From: Candidatus Firestoneibacteriota bacterium
GTDB taxonomy: Bacteria; Oederibacteriota; D2-FULL-39-29; JBDRBU01
Assembly: GCA_043822305.1 (NCBI GenBank)
Contig: JBDRBU010000034.1
Location: 1 to 52,911, forward strand
Direction: 5' to 3'
Length of the DNA: 52,911 nt
Shown in pieces: positions 37,402-47,517 of the stretch. Under the pieces are notes generated by a model. The model was not told where the DNA came from. It made no database searches and worked only from the letters and a program-made list of their open reading frames with translations. The stretch's first letter is position 1. Every line of letters begins with the position of its first letter. The translations under genes and the position numbers were made by a program.

Positions 37402-39270
37402 ATGTGTGGAATCTATGGTTTTATTAACCTCAATAATGAAAGGATAAACGAAGATATTGGCTTAAGAATGGGAAAGGTTTTAACTCATCGTGGTCCTGAT
37501 GTCTCTGGCTGTAAAGTAATACATTCAAAAATCATCTCAGTTTTTTTAGGCTCCAACCGACTTAAAGTTATAGATTTGTCTGATTCGGCTAACCAGCCCT
37601 TAGGTAATGAAGATGGAAAAATATGGGTAACTTTTAATGGAGAAATTTATAATTTTAAAGAGTTAAGAAAAGAACTAATAGAAAAAGGTCATAAGTTTAA
37701 GTCAAATTCAGATACAGAAGTAATTGTCCACCTTTATGAAGAGTTTGACTATGATTTTATAAAAAAACTTGATGGGATGTTTGCTTTCGCTCTATGGGAT
37801 GGATTAAATGAGAGGCTAATTTGTGGTAGGGACAGGACGGGCAAAAAGCCTTTTTATTATTATGTCAATAATAAATATTTTAGTTTTGCATCCGAGATTA
37901 AATCATTACTTGTTTGCCCTTGGATAGAAAAATTAATTTCTATTAAAAGCCTCCCTGAATATTTTACATATGGATATGTAAGAAGTCCAGATACTATGTA
38001 TGAAGAAATATATGAATTGCCTCCAGCCTCTTATATAATTGTAAACAAGAATGAAGTTACACAACCGATTAAATACTGGAATATAAAATTTTCTAATGTT
38101 AGCCATATTTCAGTAGATGATGCTGCAAGTAAAGTAAGGGAAATATTGATAAATTCAGTTTCTAAAAGGCTCATAAGTGATGTGCCCATAGGAGTTCTTC
38201 TTAGTGGTGGACTTGACTCTTCAATTATCACTGGTATTATAACCAAGATACTTAAAAAAGATATTTCAACAATAACTTCTGGTTTTTCTGATTCTTCTTT
38301 TGATGAAAGGCATTATGCTCATACTGTTGCAAAATATTATAATACTAAACATACCGAGTTTGTTGTTAAAATTGATGCGATTTCCCTTTTAGATAAAATT
38401 CTATTTCATTATGATCAGCCATGTGGTGATCCTTCAGCCATACCAACCTATTTAGTTTGTGATATGGCCAGAAAGTATGTTACCGTGGCCTTAAACGGAG
38501 ATGGTGGAGATGAAGTTTTTGCTGGTTATGATAGATTTAAAGCGGCGCTTTTGGCCGAAAGATTGCCAAACTGGTTATTTGTTGTAGGTAAACATTTATC
38601 TAAATTGATTCCACATACATTTAATTATTACAGCTTGAGAAGAAGAGCAGAAAAATTTTTTGGAGAAGGTTTAACACCTTTAGAAAAACATCACCACTGG
38701 ATTACGATCTTTAATGAGGATTTACTTAAGGAAATTTTTAAGCCAGAGATATTGAAAGATAATTTTGATACTGATTTTGAAAAAAAGATTTTTAATACTG
38801 TCTCTGATTTGCCATTACTTCACCAACTTCTTTACCATAATTTTATTACATATTTACCTGATAATTTAAATGTGAAGATGGACAGGATGAGTATGGCGAA
38901 TTCTTTGGAAACTCGTTCACCAATGCTTGATACAGCTCTTATTGAATTTGTGGCTACACTTCCGCAGGAATTTAAGATTTGTAAAGGGCAAACAAAGTAT
39001 ATTCTTCGCAAAGCATTTAAAGATATACTTCCCCCACAAATTTTAAACAGGAAAAAACATGGATTTGGAATTCCATTAGCCATATGGTTTACAAAAGATT
39101 TAGGCAAATTTTTTGAAGAAAAAGTGTTATCCGAGAGTTCTAAATGTAAAATGTATCTTAATCAGGAAAAAGTCAGACAAATCTATAATGAACATTTAAA
39201 AAAGATAAATGATAATAGCCAAAAGTTATGGTTAATACTTCAATTTGAATTGTGGTTGCAAAAACTGTGA
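37402..39270 (+). CDS. asnB: Asparagine synthase (glutamine-hydrolysing) family amidotransferase
   Basis: MCGI, HRGPD, NGEIYN, LSGGLDSS, GDGGDE and KMDRMSMANSLE motifs. Confidence 0.9.
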   Translation: MCGIYGFINLNNERINEDIGLRMGKVLTHRGPDVSGCKVIHSKIISVFLGSNRLKVIDLSDSANQPLGNEDGKIWVTFNGEIYNFKELRKELIEKGHKFKSNSDTEVIVHLYEEFDYDFIKKLDGMFAFALWDGLNERLICGRDRTGKKPFYYYVNNKYFSFASEIKSLLVCPWIEKLISIKSLPEYFTYGYVRSPDTMYEEIYELPPASYIIVNKNEVTQPIKYWNIKFSNVSHISVDDAASKVREILINSVSKRLISDVPIGVLLSGGLDSSIITGIITKILKKDISTITSGFSDSSFDERHYAHTVAKYYNTKHTEFVVKIDAISLLDKILFHYDQPCGDPSAIPTYLVCDMARKYVTVALNGDGGDEVFAGYDRFKAALLAERLPNWLFVVGKHLSKLIPHTFNYYSLRRRAEKFFGEGLTPLEKHHHWITIFNEDLLKEIFKPEILKDNFDTDFEKKIFNTVSDLPLLHQLLYHNFITYLPDNLNVKMDRMSMANSLETRSPMLDTALIEFVATLPQEFKICKGQTKYILRKAFKDILPPQILNRKKHGFGIPLAIWFTKDLGKFFEEKVLSESSKCKMYLNQEKVRQIYNEHLKKINDNSQKLWLILQFELWLQKL

Positions 39271-39293
39271 TAGAAATTATGTAGTGAATACTG

Positions 39294-39352
39294 CAGGCTA
39301 ACCCTGTACCACTCGTTATACTCGGGGACAGGACTAAAGAGCTTGCGACTAC
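39294..39352 (-). repeat. Expanded REP, left arm of an inverted pair around purC
   Basis: Its reverse complement matches 40263-40321 at 54/59 nt. Confidence 0.85.
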
Positions 39353-39387
39353 CAATGACAATACTATTACAAAAAAAGGAGGAGCAA

Positions 39388-40266
39388 ATGTCAAAAGTTA
39401 TATTAGAAACAAATATTCCAGAATTAAAATTAATTAAGAAAGGGAAAGTAAGGGATATATATGAAATTGATAATGATTTATTAATAGTGGCTACAGATAG
39501 AATTTCTGCTTTTGATGTAGTTTTTAAACAAGGAATTCCTTTTAAGGGTATGGTTTTAACTCAAATATCAAAATACTGGTTTAAAATTATGGAAGATATT
39601 ATTCCAAATCATATTATATCAACAGAAGTTAAGGGATATCCTGTTTTAGAAAAATACAAAGATGAACTTGAAGGCAGGATAATGGTTGTCCAAAAAGCAG
39701 AACCTTTAATGGTGGAATGTGTGATAAGAGGATATTTATCTGGTTCTGGATGGAATGAGTATCAAGACAAAGCCAGTATCTCTGGTGTTAAATTACCTGA
39801 AGGACTACTTGAGTCTTCAAAATTGCCACAAACGATATTTACTCCATCAACTAAAGCAGAAGCAGGTATTCATGATGAAAATATAACCTTTAATGATGTT
39901 AAAAAGTTAATAGGGGATAAGATGGCCGATAAAATTAAAGAGAAGAGTATAGGAATTTACAACAAAGCCGTAAGTATTGCTGAAAAAAAAGGAATAATTA
40001 TTGCTGATACAAAGTTTGAATTTGGAGTTTTTCATTCTAAACTTATACTTATTGATGAACTTTTAACTCCAGATTCTTCAAGATTTTGGCCAATGGATGG
40101 GTATAAGCCAGGTAAAAGTCAACCAAGTTTTGACAAGCAGTTTGTAAGAGATTATTTAATATCTATTAACTGGAATAAGAAACCACCGGCACCAGATTTA
40201 CCGGAAGAAATTATTAAAAAAACTTCCGAGAAATACTTAGAAGCCTTAAGAAGGATAGTGGGGTAG
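39388..40266 (+). CDS. purC: SAICAR synthetase
   Basis: [34 protein letters not shown] and DKQFVRD motifs; AGGAGGAG SD. Confidence 0.95.
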   Translation: MSKVILETNIPELKLIKKGKVRDIYEIDNDLLIVATDRISAFDVVFKQGIPFKGMVLTQISKYWFKIMEDIIPNHIISTEVKGYPVLEKYKDELEGRIMVVQKAEPLMVECVIRGYLSGSGWNEYQDKASISGVKLPEGLLESSKLPQTIFTPSTKAEAGIHDENITFNDVKKLIGDKMADKIKEKSIGIYNKAVSIAEKKGIIIADTKFEFGVFHSKLILIDELLTPDSSRFWPMDGYKPGKSQPSFDKQFVRDYLISINWNKKPPAPDLPEEIIKKTSEKYLEALRRIVG

Positions 40267-40321
40267 TCGCAGGCTCTTTAGTCCTGTGTTCGAGTATAAC
40301 GAGTGGTACAGGATTAGCCTG
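40263..40321 (+). repeat. Expanded REP, right arm; supplies the purC stop codon
   Basis: GTAGTCGCAGGCTCTTTAG...TTAGCCTG. Confidence 0.85.
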
Positions 40322-40373
40322 TGTGTTTTATACAAGTGATAAAAATATAATATTACGGATGAACAGTAAGGCA

Positions 40374-40401
40374 GTTGGGGTCAGGGACGACCCCGACTCC
40401 A
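40374..40401 (-). repeat. REP-like palindrome (GGAG-GTCGGGGTC family)
   Basis: Matches 6649-6676 at 27/28 nt. Confidence 0.75.
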
Positions 40402-40406
40402 AGATA

Positions 40407-41105
40407 ATGAAAAAAATGCTAAAGTTAGGAATGTTTTTGTTAATGTTTTCGGGTTACATACATCCTATTGATATTGAGGTTTTACCTCATAAGGTTTCTC
40501 TGGGAGATGTTTTTGTTGTCAGGGTGTTTGAAAAAGACAAGATTAATTTAACAATAGGAAAGTCTACTTTCCCAACATTTATAAGTAATGATAGAAAGTT
40601 CAGGCAAGTAATTTTAGGGGTTCCTTCATGGTGGAAAGCAGGTAGGTATCCAGTTTTTATTAATGGTGAAGAAGCGAACATTTCATTAGAGATTATTAGA
40701 AAGGAATTTCCAACTCAAGAGATAAAGATTGCTCCTGAAAAAGTTATAGAAAATGAAGAAACAAAAAAACAAAGAGAGATTATCTTTAAAAAAATTTTAA
40801 CAAAAACAGAAGAAAAAATATGGAAAGGTAAATTTATTATACCTGTTGAAGGAAGAATTACTACTGATTTTGGAATGAAACGTAAAGTAAATAATGAGAC
40901 AAGAGGATATCATAAAGGTATTGATATAAGTGCAAATACAGGCACTATAATTAAAGCATCTAATGAAGGCGTGGTGAAAAAAGGACAAACGATGGCTAAG
41001 GTTGGAGCAACAGGCCTTGCCACTGGTGCTCATTTACACTGGGGAATGTATATTTTTGGTGTTGATGTCAATCCACTGAATTTTATAAATAATTTATATG
41101 ATTAA
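40407..41105 (+). CDS. M23 peptidase with an apparent internal deletion
   Basis: Signal peptide, HKGID and HLHW Zn ligands; the GNxV..DHG..YxHL segment is absent. Confidence 0.7.
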   Translation: MKKMLKLGMFLLMFSGYIHPIDIEVLPHKVSLGDVFVVRVFEKDKINLTIGKSTFPTFISNDRKFRQVILGVPSWWKAGRYPVFINGEEANISLEIIRKEFPTQEIKIAPEKVIENEETKKQREIIFKKILTKTEEKIWKGKFIIPVEGRITTDFGMKRKVNNETRGYHKGIDISANTGTIIKASNEGVVKKGQTMAKVGATGLATGAHLHWGMYIFGVDVNPLNFINNLYD

Positions 41106-42084
41106 ACTTAAAGTAGGGTCTGTCCCTATTGATAATAATGTTATATTAGCGCCTATGGCTGGAGTTACGGATATTTGTTTTAGAAGTATTGTAAAATTAA
41201 TGGGAGTTGGACTTGTTTATTCTGAAATGGTTAGTGCGGAAGGACTGATTAGAGGAGGAAAGAAAACTTTTGAATTAATAAAAGTATCTAATGAGGAAAG
41301 ACCGGTAGCCATACAAATATTCGGTAGTAATCCAGAAAGTTTATCAAAAGCAGTTGAAATTTTAAATGAGATAGCAGATATTATAGATATAAACTGTGGT
41401 TGTTCAGTAAAGAAGGTTATAAAAACAGGTTCAGGTGCTGCTTTATTAAGAGATTTAAAAAAACTTGAGACGATAATTTTAAGTGTAGTTAAGTTTTCAA
41501 AAGTGCCGGTAACTATTAAAATAAGATCTGGCTGGGATGAGAGTAGTATAAATGCGGTAGAGGTTGCAAAATTAGCAGAAGCAAGCGGTATATCCGCTCT
41601 AGTGGTTCATCCCAGAACAAAAATTCAAGGTTTTTCAGGAAGAGCAGACTGGAGTATTATTAAAAGAGTTAAAGAATCTCTCCATATACCCGTGATCGGG
41701 AGTGGCGATGTTAAAAATGAGTTTGATGCAGAAAATATGTTGAAAGAAACTTCTTGTGATGGTATAATGATAGGAAGGGCATCATTAGGGAACCCCTGGA
41801 TATTTAGAAAGATTATTCATTATTTAACTACCAGCGAGATTTTAAAAGATGTAAGTTTAAGAGAAAAAGTTGAATTGATTAAAAAACATGCTGAAATGAT
41901 AGTTTCATTCAAGGGAGAAGAAAGAGGAACAAGAGAATTCAGAAAACATTTACACTGGTATTTCAAAGGAGTTAGAGGTTTTAAATTGCTAAGACAAAGG
42001 ATAAACACACTTTCTACATTTGATGAATTTTTAAAGTTAATGAGAGATTTTGAAGAGGAGAATCTATGCAAGCAGGAGATTTGA
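41098..42084 (+). CDS. dusB: tRNA dihydrouridine synthase B
   Basis: LAPMAGVTD, DINCGC, GSGAALL, KIRSGWD, HPRT and GNPW motifs. Confidence 0.92.
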   Translation: MIKLKVGSVPIDNNVILAPMAGVTDICFRSIVKLMGVGLVYSEMVSAEGLIRGGKKTFELIKVSNEERPVAIQIFGSNPESLSKAVEILNEIADIIDINCGCSVKKVIKTGSGAALLRDLKKLETIILSVVKFSKVPVTIKIRSGWDESSINAVEVAKLAEASGISALVVHPRTKIQGFSGRADWSIIKRVKESLHIPVIGSGDVKNEFDAENMLKETSCDGIMIGRASLGNPWIFRKIIHYLTTSEILKDVSLREKVELIKKHAEMIVSFKGEERGTREFRKHLHWYFKGVRGFKLLRQRINTLSTFDEFLKLMRDFEEENLCKQEI

Positions 42085-42833
42085 TAGATTTATTAAAGAA
42101 AGTAAAATCAAACAAACTATCTATAAAAAAAGCGTTAGAGAAGTTAAAGCATTTTCCTTATAAAAATATAAATTTTGCAAATGTTGATACTCACCGGGGG
42201 ATAAGATTAGGATTTCCTGAGGTGGTCTTCTGTCAGGGAAAAACAAAAGAACAAATTATAAAGATAGTTAAAGAGATAGTTTCTGATTCAGGTTTTTGCT
42301 TTGCAACAAGAGCTAATTATGAAATCTATAAGAGTTTAAAAAGAGTTTATAAAAATATTGAATATAATAAGTTAAGTAAAACTATTATAGTTGGTAGGAA
42401 AAAATCCGAGATAAAAAAAACCGGGTTAGTCATGGTTATTTCAGCAGGAACAGCTGATATGCCTGTGGCCGAGGAGGCAGCTATAACTTCTGAAGTTACA
42501 GGAAGTAATGTTGATAGACTTTATGATGTAGGAGTTTGCGGTATGCACAGATTGTTAAATCATTATGAAAGAATAAGAAAGGCAAGAGTGGTCATAGCCG
42601 TAGCCGGGATGGAAGGTGCATTACCCAGTGTAATTGGTGGTCTTGTAGATAAGCCCGTGATTGCTGTTCCAACAAGTGTTGGATATGGAGCAAATTTCAA
42701 TGGAATATCTGCACTTTTGACCATGCTTAATTCCTGCTCACCAAATGTCGTCGTTGTAAATATCGACAATGGTTTTGGGGCTGGATTTGTAGCAAGTCTT
42801 ATAAATAGGTTAGACCTAAAAAGGAGGGTTTGA
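42066..42833 (+). CDS. larB: Nickel-pincer cofactor biosynthesis protein LarB
   Basis: GFPEVVFCQGKT, AGTADMPVAEEA, AGMEGALPSV, PTSVGYG and VNIDNGFGA motifs. Confidence 0.92.
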   Translation: MQAGDLIDLLKKVKSNKLSIKKALEKLKHFPYKNINFANVDTHRGIRLGFPEVVFCQGKTKEQIIKIVKEIVSDSGFCFATRANYEIYKSLKRVYKNIEYNKLSKTIIVGRKKSEIKKTGLVMVISAGTADMPVAEEAAITSEVTGSNVDRLYDVGVCGMHRLLNHYERIRKARVVIAVAGMEGALPSVIGGLVDKPVIAVPTSVGYGANFNGISALLTMLNSCSPNVVVVNIDNGFGAGFVASLINRLDLKRRV

Positions 42834-42836
42834 AAA

Positions 42837-43046
42837 ATGATACGACAAATGAAAAGTAAAAATAAAGAGGATGTGGTTAAATTTGCCACTAAAGTTGAGT
42901 TTTACAGAATAGTTGCGCTTGTATATTTAGCTTTATTTCTTGTTACTGTTGGTATACTTATAAAGGAAGAGTGGGTAATTTGGGTTTTAATATTATCTTT
43001 CTTGATTATATGTATAGCATCCTTCATTGAATCGTTTAAAAAATAA
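42837..43046 (+). CDS. Small two-TM membrane protein
   Basis: GGAGG SD and two hydrophobic helices. Confidence 0.55.
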   Translation: MIRQMKSKNKEDVVKFATKVEFYRIVALVYLALFLVTVGILIKEEWVIWVLILSFLIICIASFIESFKK

Positions 43047-43188
43047 ATTCTATCCAACATAGAAATTTCATTGTTTTTATAAGGATTTTTTGGTAATATA
43101 GTTAGTGGAGGTTTTAAGGCAGGGATATTATATCCTATAGGCGTTTAATTTGGTAAAAGGTTTAAAATTCAAAAAGGAGGGATGTAAA

Positions 43189-43905
43189 ATGAAAAAAGCA
43201 GTAAGTTTGTTGGCAGTAGTTGTATTTTGTATTGGAAGTTTTGGATTCTGTGAATCTGTCCAGAACTCTCCAAATTTAGATTGTGTTGATACACCAACCT
43301 GTAATACCTTGCTCAGGGGGATGTATAACTTCCATATGAGGTTTTATGAGAGTGGTGGAGTTTTAACCAGAGCCTGGGTAGGGTTTGCAAGTACTTTTAT
43401 GATAGGTGCAACATTTAATTTAGATAATGTAATAGGTGCTGGAAATGTTACAGGTAGAGAACCGAAAATATTAGCTAAGATAAAAATCATTGAAGATTCT
43501 ACAGCATTTCCATCACTGGCCATAGGATATGAACCACAGAGTTTTGGAGAGTTAGCCAGTGATAAATATTCAACAAAACCAGTAGGGATATATGCAGTTG
43601 TTACTAAGAATTTACTTAGTGGTTTGTTTGTAACAGGTGGTGTTGGCAACCATAATGTTTTTACAGATTTTAAATTTGACACTGATTTAAATGTTTTTGC
43701 AAGTGTTATTTTGATGCTTAACCCTGATTTCGCACTTTTAGTGGAGTATAATGATATAATCTCTAAGGATTGGGGCAGTTTAAATATTGGGCTTCGTTAT
43801 GCGTTCGCTCCAGAGTTAAGAATAGAAGTTGATTTTAAAGGACTTACAAAAAAGCCAGAGGATTTTATTAGAAATTTAAGAATAGATTATGTAAATTATT
43901 TCTAA
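43189..43905 (+). CDS. Probable outer-membrane beta-barrel (YjbH-like)
   Basis: Signal peptide, DTPT, alternating beta-strand pattern, C-terminal Y-x-x-Y-F; AGGAGG SD. Confidence 0.65.
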   Translation: MKKAVSLLAVVVFCIGSFGFCESVQNSPNLDCVDTPTCNTLLRGMYNFHMRFYESGGVLTRAWVGFASTFMIGATFNLDNVIGAGNVTGREPKILAKIKIIEDSTAFPSLAIGYEPQSFGELASDKYSTKPVGIYAVVTKNLLSGLFVTGGVGNHNVFTDFKFDTDLNVFASVILMLNPDFALLVEYNDIISKDWGSLNIGLRYAFAPELRIEVDFKGLTKKPEDFIRNLRIDYVNYF

Positions 43906-43939
43906 AAAAACACAAAGACATAGAGGAGCGAATAATAAA

Positions 43940-45286
43940 ATGAATCAAAAAATAGGTCAACAAAGACTTACAATGTTTGGAACCGACGAATTTCCTACAT
44001 ATGAAGAGATAATGGATGCTTATGCCAAGGAATTTGCAAATTATATTCTTCCCAAAGGGGATACTATCTTTGGCTTCTGGATGCAGACTTTAGCTGATCT
44101 GGAGTTTTTAGATTTGGAATTACAGGGTCTAACTGAAGAATATACCATTGATCCAGTAAATAGAGTGGTTAATCTTAAAGGTGATGAAGATTATATAAGA
44201 TTAAGAATAGCCCACCTTGAAAAAGTTAAAGGGAAAACAACACTTTATACTGACTTGGTGGATAAATTTGGTGATACTAATGCATATGCCTTTCATAATC
44301 TTTATCCCTACAAAGGCAAATTTTATCCTAGGGTTGTAAGGACCTTAATTAATGTTTTCAAGTTAAATCAGAGTTCGATTCTCTTAGACCCTTTCAATGG
44401 TTCTGGAACTGCCACACATGAGGCTTCTTTTATGGGAATTAAAAGTGTAGGCATAGATGTTACTCCGATGGGAATCGTTTTATCTGAATTGAAAAATGAT
44501 TTACTTTTTATTGATGAACGGAAGTTAAATTTTACCACAAAGGAATTACAAGAGATTATACGGACGATAGAAGATAAAAAATGGAAAAATCATGATCCTA
44601 TAATTCATAAGTTAATGTTGGCGGTATATTTTGATACGGTTGACGCATTTGTAAGGACTTCGAGATATAACAAAAAAGGGAAAGTAGGTCTCTTTATTGA
44701 AAAAGTAAATTACATAAGAGACTGCCATAAAAAGACTATGCAGATTAAAAAAAAATATGGACTTAAATTTGAATCTGCTAAAATTATAGAAGGCGATATA
44801 CTTGAACTCAAAAATATCCCTGAACTTGATTCAGGGGGAATGGAAGAAAAGTTTGATGCTTGCATTACAAGTCCACCTTATTATTTTTCAATAGACTATG
44901 TGGGGAAAGATAAGATTGCTTATGATTATTTAGGTGTGGATATGAAAAAAATTGAATCGAAATATTTGGGAATGAAAAATAGTCCGCTACAGGCGGACCC
45001 TAAAAATAATTATAACGGATTGCCTCTAAGGGTTGCTATGTATTATGAGGACTTAAAAGAATCCATAAAAAATATCTTTTGGGCATTAAAGCCGGGTGGT
45101 AAACTTGCGATAATAATTGGAGATAGTACTGTTAATGGTAAAAAAATCCCAACAACCATTACAACTAAAAAGTTTTGTGAAGAGGCGGGATTTAAGTTTG
45201 AAAAGTTGATATTTAATCCTCTCTTGGGCGCTCGCAATAGAGCAATAAGAGGAGAAAGTGTAATATTCTGTGAGAAAGGGAAATAA
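43940..45286 (+). CDS. N4-C/N6-A DNA methyltransferase
   Basis: YPYKGKF, LDPFNGSGT (motif I) preceding TSPPY (motif IV), LKPGG. Confidence 0.88.
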   Translation: MNQKIGQQRLTMFGTDEFPTYEEIMDAYAKEFANYILPKGDTIFGFWMQTLADLEFLDLELQGLTEEYTIDPVNRVVNLKGDEDYIRLRIAHLEKVKGKTTLYTDLVDKFGDTNAYAFHNLYPYKGKFYPRVVRTLINVFKLNQSSILLDPFNGSGTATHEASFMGIKSVGIDVTPMGIVLSELKNDLLFIDERKLNFTTKELQEIIRTIEDKKWKNHDPIIHKLMLAVYFDTVDAFVRTSRYNKKGKVGLFIEKVNYIRDCHKKTMQIKKKYGLKFESAKIIEGDILELKNIPELDSGGMEEKFDACITSPPYYFSIDYVGKDKIAYDYLGVDMKKIESKYLGMKNSPLQADPKNNYNGLPLRVAMYYEDLKESIKNIFWALKPGGKLAIIIGDSTVNGKKIPTTITTKKFCEEAGFKFEKLIFNPLLGARNRAIRGESVIFCEKGK

Positions 45287-45288
45287 AT

Positions 45289-46551
45289 ATGATTACAAAA
45301 AGAAATCTTCTTTGTGTCAAGGCAAAAGAAAAAATAGACCTTGACCGAATATTACTCTATGAACCATATAAAAATATATTGGTAAACTTTAAGGAGTTAT
45401 GTATTGATGTTAATGCTAAGGATTTTGACCCTGTAGCCAAAGTTTATGATGGGCTATTGAGCGTCCCTTCTGAAATTAGAGAATATTATGAGGCTTTATT
45501 GGGTGTTACATCTTATTATCATCACAGTCAAGGTGGTAGAGGGAAGTATATTGAAAAGAAGATAGCATCCTCTTTTGAAACCTGTTCTCTTGACATAGAA
45601 CTTAGTAAACTTCCATTTTGGTTGGAATATCCATCTATTCATAAAAAGAAAGGAATCTTTACTCATCAAGGATTGTCATCAGACGAAAAGAAAATTTCAA
45701 GAACGATTGAGTGGGATTGGTTAGGTGATAAGGATGTAAATACTGATGTAGGAAGCATTATACAAAATGAAAAAGCGATGGTATTGGTGGAAGTTAAAAA
45801 TAGAGTAGATACCGGTGGAACGGCTGGAAGGAGAGAAATCTGGACTTCTGAAAAATTTGGAATCTTTGTAGAGTATTTGAAATCCAATAAAAAGTTGTTT
45901 AGAAAAAGCAATAAAGAATTTTCTCTGGCGGAATTGCTTGAAAGTTTTAGAATTAAAACTCTTGAAATATATATTGGTGTCTTATTTGATAAAGGCGATA
46001 ATCAAGCAACAATACAGAGCGATAAAACTAATGGTTTTTATTCTTCAAGCAAACAAGGCTTTGGATACCTAAAAAATCTGATAAAACAAAGTTCAACAAT
46101 AAAAATAATTAAGGAAGATGCCGAGAACTTACAGATGGAATTTGGTTTGAATTATTCAAGTCTAAAAGTAAAGATAGGTGCTTTATACGGAAATGATATT
46201 ACATTAAATCTTTTTAGAAAAAGTTTTCCGGTATCAAATTTGCTTTTATTAAGATACGATGATATTTGGTTATCCCAATTAATAACTATTGAGGAAAGAT
46301 CTATGTTGCTCAAGCATCGAAAGAATTTTACCACAACATTTTTGGATTTGTTGAAAAGAGATAGAGATTTGAGAATAAAATACGATGCCATAATAAATTC
46401 AGAATGTGAAGAAAACAAACTTAATACAATTATAAATTACCTGTTTAATAAATACACTCCAATTTTTGAAAGCAAAATATTACCTGATAGAAAAGATAAA
46501 GCCGAGTATTTAGCAGATGTAATTCAATTTTTATGTGCAGCGGAGGCATAA
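45289..46551 (+). CDS. Putative type II restriction endonuclease
   Basis: GKYIEK...TDVG...EVKNR PD-(D/E)xK-like motif; starts 2 nt after the MTase stop. Confidence 0.6.
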   Translation: MITKRNLLCVKAKEKIDLDRILLYEPYKNILVNFKELCIDVNAKDFDPVAKVYDGLLSVPSEIREYYEALLGVTSYYHHSQGGRGKYIEKKIASSFETCSLDIELSKLPFWLEYPSIHKKKGIFTHQGLSSDEKKISRTIEWDWLGDKDVNTDVGSIIQNEKAMVLVEVKNRVDTGGTAGRREIWTSEKFGIFVEYLKSNKKLFRKSNKEFSLAELLESFRIKTLEIYIGVLFDKGDNQATIQSDKTNGFYSSSKQGFGYLKNLIKQSSTIKIIKEDAENLQMEFGLNYSSLKVKIGALYGNDITLNLFRKSFPVSNLLLLRYDDIWLSQLITIEERSMLLKHRKNFTTTFLDLLKRDRDLRIKYDAIINSECEENKLNTIINYLFNKYTPIFESKILPDRKDKAEYLADVIQFLCAAEA

Positions 46552-46560
46552 GGAGATAAT

Positions 46561-47517
46561 TTGGCAGAAGAAAGTTTTGATTTTGAAAAAGCTATTACAG
46601 AATTAGAAAAAAAGATTGAAGAACTTAGAAAGTTTGCTACAAGTAAAGAGATAGACCTTTCTCATGAAATAAAAAAGTTAGAAACAAGAGTAGAGGAGAT
46701 GAAGAAAGAAGTCTATGATAAGATAACCCCCTGGCAAAGATCTCAAGTTGCCAGGCACATACAACGGCCAAGAAGTTTGGACTATGTTAATCTGATTTTT
46801 GAAGATTTTATGGAACTGCATGGAGATAGATACTATGAAGACGACCATGCCGTTATTGCTGGATTAGCCTTCCTTGAGGGTGTGTCAGTTGTTATCATAG
46901 GTTTGCAAAAAGGCAAGGATACTAAAGATAACATTTATAGAAATTTTGGGATGGCCAATCCTGAAGGATACCGTAAGGCTTTAAGAATAATGCAACTTGC
47001 TGAAAAATTTAATAAACCAATAATCTCCTTTGTTGATACTCCTGGTGCTTTCCCTGGCATTGGTTCAGAAGAAAGAAGTGTAGCCGAAGCAATAGCCAAG
47101 AATCTAAAAGAGATGTTCGGTTTAGAAGTTCCTATAATAATTATTATCCATGGAGAAGGTGGGAGTGGTGGTGCTCTGGGAATAGCCGTTGGGGACAAGG
47201 TACTTATGCTTGAGCATTCCATGTATTCTGTTATTTCACCGGAAGGTTGTGCGGCCATACTCTGGAGAGATAGTAAAAAAGCACCCGAAGCCTCATCGGC
47301 TTTAAAACTTACGGCCCAGGATTTATTAGAGTTAGGGATTATAGATGAGATTATAAAAGAGCCTCCTGGTGGTGCACATAGAAATTATGAGAAAACCGCT
47401 ATAGAAATTAAAAATGCAATTAGCAAGAATTTAAAAGAATTGCTTAAATTAGATAAAAAAGAATTACTCAAAAGCAGGTATCAGAAATTTAGAAATATGG
47501 GTAAATTCTATGAATAA
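46561..47517 (+). CDS. accA: Acetyl-CoA carboxylase carboxyltransferase alpha
   Basis: ELHGDR, PEGYRKA, GEGGSGGAL and YSVISPEGCAAILW motifs. Confidence 0.96.
   Translation: MAEESFDFEKAITELEKKIEELRKFATSKEIDLSHEIKKLETRVEEMKKEVYDKITPWQRSQVARHIQRPRSLDYVNLIFEDFMELHGDRYYEDDHAVIAGLAFLEGVSVVIIGLQKGKDTKDNIYRNFGMANPEGYRKALRIMQLAEKFNKPIISFVDTPGAFPGIGSEERSVAEAIAKNLKEMFGLEVPIIIIIHGEGGSGGALGIAVGDKVLMLEHSMYSVISPEGCAAILWRDSKKAPEASSALKLTAQDLLELGIIDEIIKEPPGGAHRNYEKTAIEIKNAISKNLKELLKLDKKELLKSRYQKFRNMGKFYE

Noticed and set aside
39343..39387. Extended N-termini of purC and similarly 6647, 21046, 40323 and 43150
   Set aside because: The extensions run through repeats or intergenic DNA; downstream ATGs fit better.
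42066..42833. Orphan larB and orphan leuD (19788) as novel pathways
   Set aside because: Gene order here is shuffled and partners are probably elsewhere; this cannot be judged from the window.
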